A DNA stretch of 64,000 bases from an uncultured Gemmatimonadales bacterium (GTDB taxonomy: Bacteria; Gemmatimonadota; Gemmatimonadetes; Gemmatimonadales; Gemmatimonadaceae). Position 1 is the first letter of the stretch. Every line of letters begins with the position of its first letter. Positions 53,744 through 63,078 of this stretch are shown here, piece by piece. A model generated the notes under the pieces. It was not told where the DNA came from, ran no database searches, and worked only from the letters and a program-made list of their open reading frames with translations. The translations under genes were made by a program, and so were the position numbers. The DNA is taken from contig CAWBZV010000003.1 of assembly GCA_963793305.1 (NCBI GenBank), forward strand, positions 384,001 through 448,000. The letters run 5' to 3'.

Positions 53744-54265
53744 TTACTTCGCTGCCGAGTCTGCTCCGCCTGCGAACGGGTGCTTCGCGGTCCGCGCACC
53801 GCTGATGACGGCGTCGACCGACGGTTGATGCTTGAGCGCGCGTTCGATCGACTCCTTCGTCGCGCGGTAGTTGTAATCGAAGATCTTCTTGTCATCGGCG
53901 GCATCCCAGTGGATGAACACACCGACAGTTATGCAGTAGTCGTCCACCTTGTTCCGTGGGATGACGCCGCTCGAGACGGAGTCGACGACGGCGCGGGCCA
54001 CGGCGGCCTGCGCGGGGCCGAACATTTGCACCGCCTGCTTCGCACCCTTGATCGTGACCTTGTTGTAGAGGATCGTGTCCGGCTTCGCGGGCAAGTTCGG
54101 CGTGACGACGGCGAGCAGTGTCGTGAAGCCATCCTTGTTGTTCGTCAGTGCTTCGGCGAACGCGTGTCCCACGGGCCCTTCCTTGGAACCGATCATCAGG
54201 TCGATATGGGCTACTTCGTTGCCGTCGCCTACCAGCGACTCACCGAGAAAGAAATCCGCAGCCAT
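53744..54265 (-). CDS. fae: Formaldehyde-activating enzyme
   Basis: GESLVGDGNEVAHIDL, KP.T...NKVTIK, QMFGPAQAAVA, VFIHW, YNY.ATK. Confidence 0.97.
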   Translation of the reverse strand: MAADFFLGESLVGDGNEVAHIDLMIGSKEGPVGHAFAEALTNNKDGFTTLLAVVTPNLPAKPDTILYNKVTIKGAKQAVQMFGPAQAAVARAVVDSVSSGVIPRNKVDDYCITVGVFIHWDAADDKKIFDYNYRATKESIERALKHQPSVDAVISGARTAKHPFAGGADSAAK

Positions 54266-54465
54266 GTGACCTCCGAACCAGGTTTTGTGGGAGCGGCGCG
54301 CCGGCGATCCGTCACGCAGTCCGTATCCCGCGGCTAGGGGGATAGCGGTAGCTCGAAGAGGACCAAGAGAATGTCCAAAGGGCGCTTATAGGTCAAGGGG
54401 GTCGGCCCTGTATCGCCGCCGTTACATCATCTGGCCGACGGGGAGCCTGTCGATTTCATTTGGTT

Positions 54466-55779
54466 ATGCGAATTCCTATCGAAACCTTCACCCTCGGCAA
54501 CGGCCTCCGCGTCACCCTCTCCGAGGACCACACCGCGCCGATCGTCGCCGTGAACCTGTGGTACCACGTCGGATCCGCAAACGAACGCTCAGGCCGCACG
54601 GGTTTCGCCCACCTGTTCGAGCACATGCTCTTCCAGGGCTCCGAGAACGTCGGCTCGAACGAGCATTTCGAGCTCATCCAAAGGGCAGGCGGCACGCTCA
54701 ACGGCTCGACATGGCTCGACCGTACGAACTACTACGAGACGGTCCCCTCCCACCAATTCGCCCTGGCACTCTGGCTGGAATCGGATCGGATGGGACGCCT
54801 CCTCCCGGCGATGACGCAACAAAAGCTCGACACCCAGCGCGATGTCGTAAAGAATGAGCGCCGCTGGTCCGTCGATAACCAGCCGTATGGCACGTGGTGG
54901 GAGCGCATCCCGGCGTTGGCCTTTCCGTCGACGCATCCGTTCCACCACTCATTGATCGGCTCAATGGAAGACCTGACGGCGGCGAGCCTCGACGACGTTC
55001 GCCAGTTCTTCGCGACGTACTACACGCCGGACAACGCGGTACTGACGATCGCCGGCGACTTCGATCCGGGTGAGGCGAAACAGCTAGTCGAGAAGTATTT
55101 CGGCCCGCTCCCTCGCGGCCGCGGCAAGCCGCCGCTTCCGGACCTCTCGCTGCCCGCACGGTTCGATCGTCCACCGCGCGAGATCGTGCCGGACGACGTG
55201 CGCGTGCCGCGCGTGTATATCACCTTCCGGTCGCCGACGTACGGCAGCGACGCATACTATGCGGCGAGCGTTGCCGCGGCTGTGCTCGGCCTCAAGAAAG
55301 GGAGCCGGCTCCATCGCTCACTCGTGCGAGATCGCCAGCTCGCGTCAGAAGCGAACGCGTTCACGTTCGACCTCGCCAAGGGCACGGATCTCCTCATCGT
55401 CGACGTCACGGCGCGCCCTGGCACGAGCGCCGAGGATCTCGAGCGCGCGGTCGTCGAGGAGATCGATCGATTTGCCGCCGAGGGTCCGTCCGAAGCAGAG
55501 ATCGAGCGCGCCGTCGCGCTGATCGAGACGGAGTTCGTGTCATCGCTGCAATCGGCTGGTGACCGCGCGGACAAGCTCTCGATGTTCGCGACGTACCTCG
55601 GTGATCCCGAGCGGATCAACTCGCACGTCGACCGCTTTCGCGCGGTAACGGCATTGGACGTTGCGCGTTTCGCGCGCGAACGCCTCGGCCCCGCGCATCG
55701 GGCGACGCTGGTCTACGTGCCGCGGGCTCCGGAGAGCGCTGACGTCGAGGCGGGTGATCTCGCGACGGCGGACGTATGA
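54466..55779 (+). CDS. M16 (pitrilysin) peptidase, catalytic subunit
   Basis: L.NGL, TGFAHLFEHM (HxxEH), NGST..DRTNY, YY.PDNA. Confidence 0.93.
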   Translation: MRIPIETFTLGNGLRVTLSEDHTAPIVAVNLWYHVGSANERSGRTGFAHLFEHMLFQGSENVGSNEHFELIQRAGGTLNGSTWLDRTNYYETVPSHQFALALWLESDRMGRLLPAMTQQKLDTQRDVVKNERRWSVDNQPYGTWWERIPALAFPSTHPFHHSLIGSMEDLTAASLDDVRQFFATYYTPDNAVLTIAGDFDPGEAKQLVEKYFGPLPRGRGKPPLPDLSLPARFDRPPREIVPDDVRVPRVYITFRSPTYGSDAYYAASVAAAVLGLKKGSRLHRSLVRDRQLASEANAFTFDLAKGTDLLIVDVTARPGTSAEDLERAVVEEIDRFAAEGPSEAEIERAVALIETEFVSSLQSAGDRADKLSMFATYLGDPERINSHVDRFRAVTALDVARFARERLGPAHRATLVYVPRAPESADVEAGDLATADV

Positions 55780-57131
55780 CAGCGGCCCCTCCTCGTCCAT
55801 CGGCAGCAGCCCCGAGGTCGTATCGCTTTCCGAGATTCGAACGGCGCACGCTGTCAAATGGCATCGGACTCGTCGTTGCTCCCGTCAACAAGCTGCCAGT
55901 TGCCAGCATCATCGCCGTGATCGACGCCGGCGCCGCGCTGGACCCGGCCGGCAAAGAGGGTCTGGCGCTGCTCACGGCGCGCGCACTGGTCGAGGGCGCC
56001 GTGGGCCTCACGGAGCGCGCCGAGCGGCTCGGCACGGAGCTCGACGCCGATGCGGATTGGGACACGGCGCTGCTCAACCTCACCGTGCTCTCGGAGCGCG
56101 TGGACGAAGCGCTCGAGCTCGTCGGCGAGATCCTCACCAAGCCCGCATTTCCCGATCGCGAGATCGAGCGGCTCAAAGGCGAGCGGTTGGCCGAGATCCT
56201 CCAACTGCGCGCAGAACCGCGTGGGCTCGGCGACGAGATGCTGGAGCGCTTTGTGTATGCGCCGGACGCTCGCTACTCGCATCCGGAAGGAGGCTCCGAA
56301 GCCTCGGTCGCCGGTCTGCGCCGGGATGATGTCAGCATGTTCTACGGCGCCTACTACGCGCCACGCCGGGTGACGTTGATCGTGGTCGGCGATGTGAGCG
56401 CCGGCGATGTCGAGACGATGGCCGAGGCCGCGCTCGGTGGATGGTCATCGACGAGCGGTGCGCCGCAGGCGTCCGCGCCCGACAAGGTCGCACGCCAGAC
56501 GAGAGCCGTGCATATCGTCACAAAGGGCGAGGCCCCACAGTCGGAACTGAGAGTCGGTCAGCTGGGCGTGCCGCGATCGCATCCAGATTATTTCGCGATC
56601 ACGATCATGAACGCGGTGCTCGGAGGCTTGTTCTCGTCGAGAATCAACCTCAATCTCCGCGAGAAGCACGGCTACACCTACGGCGCCCACTCGGCCTTCG
56701 ACTGGCGTCGCGCCTCAGGCCCGTTCTCGGTGTCGTCAGCCGTGCAAAGCGATGTCACGGACAAGGCGCTCGCCGAAGTATTCCGGGAGATCGACCGGAT
56801 CCGCACGGAGCCGGTGAGCGACGACGAACGCACGCTCGCCACGAGCTATCTGGACGGCGTATTCCCGATCAAATACGAGACCGCTTCGGCGATCGCGACC
56901 GCGCTCGCCAATCTCGTGATCTACGATTACCCGGCCGATTTTTACGACCAATACCGCCCGAACGTGCGAGCGGTTACTGCCGGCCAGATACTGGAAGCAG
57001 CGCGGGCGCACCTCGATCCGTCGCGCATGCAAGTCGTCGTGGTCGGCGAGCCCGACGCCATCGCCGGCCCGCTCGAACGACTCGGTGTCGGCCCGGTGGC
57101 GATCTACGACGACAACGGACGTCAGCTTTGA
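55776..57131 (+). CDS. M16 peptidase, non-catalytic partner subunit
   Basis: LSNG, LGG.FSSR...NLREKHGYTYG; lacks HxxEH. Confidence 0.9.
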   Translation: MTAAPPRPSAAAPRSYRFPRFERRTLSNGIGLVVAPVNKLPVASIIAVIDAGAALDPAGKEGLALLTARALVEGAVGLTERAERLGTELDADADWDTALLNLTVLSERVDEALELVGEILTKPAFPDREIERLKGERLAEILQLRAEPRGLGDEMLERFVYAPDARYSHPEGGSEASVAGLRRDDVSMFYGAYYAPRRVTLIVVGDVSAGDVETMAEAALGGWSSTSGAPQASAPDKVARQTRAVHIVTKGEAPQSELRVGQLGVPRSHPDYFAITIMNAVLGGLFSSRINLNLREKHGYTYGAHSAFDWRRASGPFSVSSAVQSDVTDKALAEVFREIDRIRTEPVSDDERTLATSYLDGVFPIKYETASAIATALANLVIYDYPADFYDQYRPNVRAVTAGQILEAARAHLDPSRMQVVVVGEPDAIAGPLERLGVGPVAIYDDNGRQL

Positions 57132-57694
57132 CCAAGGCAGAATCATCCGAACCGGGGCAGGTTTCCTCGCGCCGCGTGTACTCCGGGCGAGTGATCGATC
57201 TCGACATCGATACAGTTCGCTTCCCCGACGGCTCGGAGGGGGAGCTCGAGATCATCCGGCACTCGGGCGCGAGCGCCGTCGTACCGTTCGTGAGCGAGCC
57301 GACGGGAAACGATCCCCAGATCATCCTGATCCGGCAGTACCGCTACGCCACCAACGGTTACGTCTACGAAATCCCCGCCGGGCGGCTCGAGCCCGGCGAA
57401 GCCCCCGAGGCCTGCGCAGTTCGCGAGCTCGAGGAGGAAACCGGATGCCGGGCTGAGCGTGTCGAACGTCTAACCACGATCTACACCACGCCTGGGTTCA
57501 CCGACGAGCGGATCCACCTGTTCGCCGCATTCGGACTCACCGCCGGGAAGGTCAACCGCGACGCGGATGAATTCCTGGAGGTGAAGACCATGCTGCTCTC
57601 GGAAGCGCTGGCGATGATCTCGCGTGGAGAGATCGTGGATGGCAAGACGATCGTCGCGCTTTTGTTCGTAGCCGGGTTCCGGTTGGGGACATAA
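57128..57694 (+). CDS. Nudix hydrolase (ADP-ribose pyrophosphatase-like)
   Basis: RQYRY, EIPAG..EPGE....CA.RELEEETG, TPGFTDE, I.DGKT. Confidence 0.92.
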   Translation: MTKAESSEPGQVSSRRVYSGRVIDLDIDTVRFPDGSEGELEIIRHSGASAVVPFVSEPTGNDPQIILIRQYRYATNGYVYEIPAGRLEPGEAPEACAVRELEEETGCRAERVERLTTIYTTPGFTDERIHLFAAFGLTAGKVNRDADEFLEVKTMLLSEALAMISRGEIVDGKTIVALLFVAGFRLGT

Positions 57695-57856
57695 TTGTCG
57701 CTCAGAGTAGACAGTTTCCCTCGATTGGGACGTTGTCGGCTCGGCGACCAAAATCGTAACTCTCTGCCAGCATTACCTTTGGGTTAGCGCGTCTCCCGAC
57801 CGGTGACGGGCATACCCCGTGCACGGGTCGAGTGGGAGAGAGAACAGGGGTGTGTT

Positions 57857-58477
57857 ATGGCAGCCGAGGTGGCGCTCAAGAGGATCGTCGCCCCCAAATG
57901 GAGCACCATGGAGGACTCGGCCGTCGTCGGCGCGTTTCTGGCCGGCGATGAGCGGGCGTTCCAGGTGCTGGTCGAGCGGTACCAGACACGACTATTGAAC
58001 TTCGTGTACCGCACGATTGGGGATCGGGAGAAGGCCGAGGATCTCGTGCAGGAAGTCTTCATCCGGGTCTACCGGCATCTGCACCGGTTCGACCGGTCGA
58101 AGAAGTTCTCCACGTGGGTATATACGATCGCGTCGAACCTGGCGAAGAACGAGCTCCGCAACCGTTCGCGGAACCCTCTCGTGCTCTTCCAGACCATCCG
58201 TCGCAATTGGGAGGACGAAGACCGACCCCTCCAGTTCGAGGATCCGGCGTCTCGACCAGACGACCTGTACCGCAAGCGGCATCTGCGCGAGCTAGTCGAG
58301 GCGTCCGTCGCGCGTCTTCCCGAGCATCATCGCCAGGTGTTCATCCTGCGCGAGCTCGAGGGCAAGTCGTACGAGGAGATCGCCGAGATCACGGCGTGCA
58401 ACCTGGGCACCGTGAAGTCCCGGCTCAACCGTGCCCGGACCTCGTTCGCCGAGATCATCGCCCCGGCCCTGCGATAG
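57857..58477 (+). CDS. ECF RNA polymerase sigma factor
   Basis: AEDLVQEVF, FSTW.Y.IA.N, SYEEIAE, GTVKSRLNRAR. Confidence 0.95.
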   Translation: MAAEVALKRIVAPKWSTMEDSAVVGAFLAGDERAFQVLVERYQTRLLNFVYRTIGDREKAEDLVQEVFIRVYRHLHRFDRSKKFSTWVYTIASNLAKNELRNRSRNPLVLFQTIRRNWEDEDRPLQFEDPASRPDDLYRKRHLRELVEASVARLPEHHRQVFILRELEGKSYEEIAEITACNLGTVKSRLNRARTSFAEIIAPALR

Positions 58478-58540
58478 GTTCCGGGGGCTGTTCGGGCCCC
58501 TGGGAACCCGGATCGGACCCCGGGGGTACGCAGCGCTACC

Positions 58541-59113
58541 ATGGACTGCGGCCGTTTCCGTGATAATCACGCAGCGTTCATTGATAACGCGTTAGACGAC
58601 GTTGAGCTCTCGGCGATGCGCTCGCATCGGGCCGAGTGCGCGGACTGCGCGGATCACGACGCCACGATCCGCCGTGCGCTGCTGCTGTTCCGCAACCTGC
58701 CAACGATCGAGCCCTCGGCCGAATTCGGTCGGAGACTCAATGCTCGCCTTCGCGCGACGGAGCGCAGTCTCTCGTGGTCGCACGCCGGCATGCGAGGCCC
58801 GAGCTGGACTTCATTCGCGTGGGCCGCGTCGGGCGTGCTGGCCGCCGGGTATGTCCTCGTGGCCACTTTCGGCGGCGCGGCCACCATACGCCATCAAGAG
58901 CTCGCGCTCGCACCCGTTGTCGTCACCGCAGTGCCCTCGGCGACCATCGACAGCGCGCCGGTCGGGCCGATGCGGATCTCGCCGATGGCCAGCCCCGCGA
59001 TCGTCGCGTCGGTGTCGATGGGTATGCCGGTGTGGCCCGCCGCGCTCCTCGCGGCGCAGGCGCCGATGCACTTCGCCGTGACGGAGTTCCAAGTCGTCAG
59101 CCTCAGACGATAG
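58541..59113 (+). CDS. Zinc-finger anti-sigma factor with TM helix
   Basis: HRAECADC (HxxxCxxC); follows the ECF sigma. Confidence 0.85.
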   Translation: MDCGRFRDNHAAFIDNALDDVELSAMRSHRAECADCADHDATIRRALLLFRNLPTIEPSAEFGRRLNARLRATERSLSWSHAGMRGPSWTSFAWAASGVLAAGYVLVATFGGAATIRHQELALAPVVVTAVPSATIDSAPVGPMRISPMASPAIVASVSMGMPVWPAALLAAQAPMHFAVTEFQVVSLRR

Positions 59114-59345
59114 CGACTGGGCTACGGCCAGCGAGATCGCCGCCTACGAGTACTGCGGGCGCGCGTTCTGGCTGGACATTACCTCCGAGGCGCCCGAGGA
59201 CTCGGAGCGTTTTGACGCCGGCATCCGTGCGCACCAGTCTCACGCCGCGCGCATCGTCAACGCCCGCCAATTCGCCGTGCTCGCACTGGCCGCGGCCGCC
59301 GTGCTGGCCATTGCCGCCGCATTTGTCGCATGGTCGTCGCGCTAA
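59112..59345 (+). CDS. N-terminal fragment of a split Cas4-like nuclease with C-terminal TM (not in ORF track; start codon missing, possibly a 1-nt deletion in ATGA)
   Basis: Manual translation SDWATASEIAAYEYCGRAFWLD...FDAGIRAHQSH...FAVLALAAAAVLAIAAAFVAWSSR*. Confidence 0.7.
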   Translation, partial: SDWATASEIAAYEYCGRAFWLDITSEAPEDSERFDAGIRAHQSHAARIVNARQFAVLALAAAAVLAIAAAFVAWSSR

Positions 59346-59809
59346 CGCTCGCGGCCGCACTCTTGGGTCTCGTGTCTCTGGCCCTCTTCGTGGCCGTCGG
59401 AGACCTTGGCCGCAGCGCCTCGATGGAGCCATTGCTCGTCGACGAGACGCGCCGGCTGCGCGGGCGGCCGGACTATCTGCTGCATCACCGCAAGGGTCTC
59501 ATTCCCGTCGAGCTCAAGCCTCTTCGGACCTCGCGGAGCTTGTACGAGTCAGACCGGCTCCAGGTCGCGACCTATCTCATGCTAGTCCGGGCGGCGCACC
59601 CGGATGCGAACGTGCCGTACGGGGTCGTGCGCTACAAGGACAGCACGTTCCGTGTCTATCTCACCGAGGAGCTCGAGGCGCGGTGTCTGGGTGTCGCCGA
59701 GCAAGTCCGGGCCGCGAAGCACGCCGCGGTGGTGCATCGCACGCACAATGTTCCGGCGAAGTGCCGCGCGTGCGCCCACCGAACGGCGTGTGGCGAGGCG
59801 TTGGTGTAG
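59330..59809 (+). CDS. Cas4-like PD-(D/E)xK nuclease core with N-terminal TM
   Basis: LRGRPDYL, PVELK, QVATY, KCRACAHRTAC. Confidence 0.82.
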   Translation: MVVALTLAAALLGLVSLALFVAVGDLGRSASMEPLLVDETRRLRGRPDYLLHHRKGLIPVELKPLRTSRSLYESDRLQVATYLMLVRAAHPDANVPYGVVRYKDSTFRVYLTEELEARCLGVAEQVRAAKHAAVVHRTHNVPAKCRACAHRTACGEALV

Positions 59810-59821
59810 CTTACGGGTGGG

Positions 59822-60829
59822 ATGAACGAACGCGCCCTCCGCACGGCGATCTCCAAGCGCACGTTTGAGCCGGCGTACTATCTCTTCGGCGACGACGACT
59901 TTCGGAAGGATGACGCGCTCGCCGCGCTCATCGCGTCGGCCGTCGACCCCGCTCTGCGCGATTTCAATGTCGAGGTGAGGCGGAGCGCGGAGCTGGACGC
60001 CGAGACGTTGGAGACGGTGTTGGGGACTCCGCCGCTCATGTCGGAGCGCCGCGTGGTCGCGTTGCGCGACGCGCCGTCGCTCAAGAAAGAGCCCAAGGCT
60101 ATCCTCGAGCGCTATCTCGCGCACCCGGCGTCCGATACGGTTCTCGTGATGCTGGTGCCTGCCGGGGGCAAGCCTGACAAGGCGCTCTCCGATCGGGCCG
60201 TCAGCGTCGAGATCGCGCCCCTCTCTGGTGATCGCCTCGACGACTGGATCACCAAACGCTCGACCGTCACGATCACGCCCGAGGCCTCGGCCCTACTGCA
60301 GGACGCGATCGGGAATGATCTCGCCCAGATGTCCGGGGAGTTGGACAAGCTCGCCAGCTACGCCCGCGGGATTGGCGGTGAAGCGGTCATTGACGAGGCG
60401 GCAGTTGGCGCCGTGGTGGGTGTGACGCGCGAGGAGACGCTGGGGCGGCTCCTCGATTATGTGGCCGCTCGGGATGCCGCCGGAGCGATCGCGGTGCTGC
60501 CGCATGTCCTGGCGCAGCCCAAGACCAGCGCGGTCACGATCATCATGGCGTTGACGACGCAGACGCTTGCGTTAGCCTATGCGGTGGCCTCCGGGAAGCG
60601 CTCCGCCGGGGACTTCTTTGCGCTGCTCAAGGACACCGGAGCGTTTCCCGGTCGCGCGTGGGGCGAGGCGGTGAATGCGTGGGTACGCGCCGTCCCTGCC
60701 TGGAATCTCGCCGCGCTCGAAGGGGGGATCACGAGATTGTTGGCGGCGGACGTTGCGCTCAAGGAGTCACGAGTGTCCGATGACGAGCAGGTGCTCGTCT
60801 CGCTCATCCTCGATCTGTGCGCGTCATGA
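59822..60829 (+). CDS. holA: DNA polymerase III delta subunit
   Basis: P.Y...GDD, DFN, T.P....RR.V, EL.KL..Y, D..LK. Confidence 0.9.
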   Translation: MNERALRTAISKRTFEPAYYLFGDDDFRKDDALAALIASAVDPALRDFNVEVRRSAELDAETLETVLGTPPLMSERRVVALRDAPSLKKEPKAILERYLAHPASDTVLVMLVPAGGKPDKALSDRAVSVEIAPLSGDRLDDWITKRSTVTITPEASALLQDAIGNDLAQMSGELDKLASYARGIGGEAVIDEAAVGAVVGVTREETLGRLLDYVAARDAAGAIAVLPHVLAQPKTSAVTIIMALTTQTLALAYAVASGKRSAGDFFALLKDTGAFPGRAWGEAVNAWVRAVPAWNLAALEGGITRLLAADVALKESRVSDDEQVLVSLILDLCAS

Positions 60830-61809
60830 GACTGTCTTTCGTACTGATTCTCCTCGTCGGCGGGGTCGCCCGGGCGCAGGACACGACCGGGTATTCGGCT
60901 TCGACCCCGGTGGTGCCGGAGCCCGCGGATACCGTGCTCCGGAGAGCCGTGCAAATAGTCTCCGAGGGACATGGGCCGGCGGGCCGGGCGATCATCGACT
61001 CGGTGCTCGCGGCCACGTCGCCAGGGACGCCGCCGTTCGCCGAGGTCTTGTTCACGAAAGCCGTGGTGGCTGCGACCGCGTTCGAGGCTGAGCGCGATTA
61101 TCAGCGGGTTATCGTGGAATACCCGTCGTCGCCGCGGGCGGACGACGCCCTGTTGAGAATCGCGCAGGAGGAGATCGTGCGCGGGGACAAGGAAGCGGCG
61201 CGGCAGCATCTCACGCGGCTCGATCGCGATCGGCCGCCGTCGTCGACCTGGCCGCGGGCAAACCTCTCGGTCGCGCGTGCGTGGTTCGAGGTCGACGATC
61301 CCACCCATGCGTGTGCCGCGCTGGCCGTCGCGCATAGCACGACGCCGTCGTCTGCGATCGAGCTCCTCCACCAGCTCGATTACGCGGCTCAGCCATGCGC
61401 GGGATTGCCCGTCGTCGCGACGAAGACAGCGCCGCCTCCGGTGGCGACCGTACCAGCGCCGGTGCCGCCGGCTCCGACGCCCGTCGTATCGACACCGGCC
61501 CCGGCCCCCGTGGTATCGACACCGGCCCCGACGCCCGCAGTATCGACGCCGGCTCCAACGCCTGTCCCATCCACGCCGGCGGGTAAGTACACGGTGCAGG
61601 TCGCCGCCTACGACACCCGGGGCGCAGCCGAGGCGCTGGCATCCAAGCTCCGCGAACGCGGCTACGAGTCGCGAGTCTGGGGCACGGCCGCCCCGTTCCG
61701 CGTGCGCATCGGCCACTACACCACGCGCGCAGCGGCGGAGCGCGAGCTCAGTGCGCTCCAGGCCAAGCAGATGTCGGGTTTCGTCGCGGCGAGCGAGCCG
61801 GCTAACTAG
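60826..61809 (+). CDS. Exported TPR plus SPOR domain protein
   Basis: Signal peptide, YP.S..A..AL helix, Pro/Thr linker, YTVQVAA...FRVRIG. Confidence 0.85.
   Translation: MRLSFVLILLVGGVARAQDTTGYSASTPVVPEPADTVLRRAVQIVSEGHGPAGRAIIDSVLAATSPGTPPFAEVLFTKAVVAATAFEAERDYQRVIVEYPSSPRADDALLRIAQEEIVRGDKEAARQHLTRLDRDRPPSSTWPRANLSVARAWFEVDDPTHACAALAVAHSTTPSSAIELLHQLDYAAQPCAGLPVVATKTAPPPVATVPAPVPPAPTPVVSTPAPAPVVSTPAPTPAVSTPAPTPVPSTPAGKYTVQVAAYDTRGAAEALASKLRERGYESRVWGTAAPFRVRIGHYTTRAAAERELSALQAKQMSGFVAASEPAN
61468..61580 (+). repeat. 27-bp coding tandem repeat (VSTPAPxPV, about 4 copies) in the SPOR linker
   Basis: GTATCGAC at 61486, 61513 and 61540 (period 27). Confidence 0.8.
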
Positions 61810-63019
61810 CCGTTCGCTCGCCTTTCCAGGCGGCGTACGTCCAGATTGCGCCGCTGACCACGACGGCGAAGGGGATGATCATGACCGCGTGCGCCAGTGT
61901 GTCGCGGTCTGAGATCCACCCGATGAGCGTCGGCGAGATCGCATCGCCCAGGACGTGGATGGCGAAGATGGAGAGCGCCATAGCGGCCGCCCTCAACGCC
62001 GGCGCGACCTCGGACACGATCGCCGCGTTGATCGGCCCGGTCGACGCAAACAACAAGAGCTCGGCCGCGGTCACGGCGATCCAGAACGTCGGCAGACTCG
62101 GTGTCACGAGCGCCCACCACGCGAGCGGAACCGCCGCGAGCGTCGTGACGCCGGACACCCACAGGTTGGCTTGGCGGGTCCGCTTCGCGAAGGCGTCTGC
62201 CGCCCACCCACCGACGAACGTCCCGACAAATCCAGTGATGAGCAGCACGCTCCCGAGCTTGCCCGTCGCATCGGCCTGCGACATCCCGTGCACGCGCACG
62301 AGGAACGATGGCATCCAGATCGAGATGCCACCGAGCGCGAACGTGTACGCGACGTATCCGAGTACGGTGCGCCGGTAGGGCGGACTCTTGAGCAGCGGCC
62401 GGTACGAGTCGAGTCCAGTCGGCGCCGGCGTGCCGTCGTCCTCGCGCGGCGGATCCTTGAGGGCCAGCGAGATCAGTGCGAGCACGAGTCCCGGCGCGCC
62501 CGCGACGAAGAATGCCGCGCGCCAGCTGTACATCCGATCGATCTGGCCGCCGAGCACGTAGCCGAGCGCTGCGCCGACGGGAATGGCCATGTAGAAGAGC
62601 GCGAAGACGCGCCCGCGCATGCGCTCGGGAAACACGTCCGCGAGCACGGCGGGCGCGATCGTAGCATACGCTGCCTCGCCGATGCCGACGGTCGCGCGCG
62701 CGGCCAGCAGCTGGCCGTAGTTCGCCGCCAGGCCGCCGAGCGCGGTGGCGATGCTCCAGATGGCGACGCCGACGCCGATGACGCGGGTGCGCGAGCCTTT
62801 TGCGGCTTTGGCGCCGAACACGGGCGCCGAGGCCATGTAGACCCAGAGGAACGCCGAGGCCAGCAAGCCGATTTGGGCGTCGCTCAAGGCGAGCGAGGAG
62901 TGCTTGATGCTCTCCTGAACGGCCGGTACCACGTACCGGTCGGTGTAGTTCAGCAGGTTCATCGCCGTAAACACGACGAGGACGGTCCACGCCTGGGGAC
63001 GCGGCTTATCGAGTGGCAT
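61802..63019 (-). CDS. MFS transporter (spinster-like)
   Basis: NLLNYTDR, R..VGIGEA, D.FP...RG, about 12 hydrophobic segments. Confidence 0.92.
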   Translation of the reverse strand: MPLDKPRPQAWTVLVVFTAMNLLNYTDRYVVPAVQESIKHSSLALSDAQIGLLASAFLWVYMASAPVFGAKAAKGSRTRVIGVGVAIWSIATALGGLAANYGQLLAARATVGIGEAAYATIAPAVLADVFPERMRGRVFALFYMAIPVGAALGYVLGGQIDRMYSWRAAFFVAGAPGLVLALISLALKDPPREDDGTPAPTGLDSYRPLLKSPPYRRTVLGYVAYTFALGGISIWMPSFLVRVHGMSQADATGKLGSVLLITGFVGTFVGGWAADAFAKRTRQANLWVSGVTTLAAVPLAWWALVTPSLPTFWIAVTAAELLLFASTGPINAAIVSEVAPALRAAAMALSIFAIHVLGDAISPTLIGWISDRDTLAHAVMIIPFAVVVSGAIWTYAAWKGERTAS

Positions 63020-63034
63020 GGCCGGCGAACTTAC

Positions 63035-63078
63035 TTGACGCTTAGTTCATAGTCAAATAATATTTAGGCGTGGCTAAA
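63035..63078 (+). promoter_or_regulatory. Sigma70 promoter of mntH with a DtxR/MntR-like operator over the start codon
   Basis: TTGACG-17bp-TAATAT; palindrome TTTAG-GCGTGG-CTAAA (63063-63078); GTG start 6 nt after the -10. Confidence 0.75.

Noticed and set aside
45316..54265. Methanogenesis or archaeal contamination
   Set aside because: No mcr or mtr; fae, NAD(P)-type mtd and fhc order are bacterial, and the region is contiguous with bacterial dnaA, dnaN and holA.
59112..59809. CRISPR-Cas locus
   Set aside because: Only a Cas4-like nuclease; no cas1, cas2, effector genes or array in the window.
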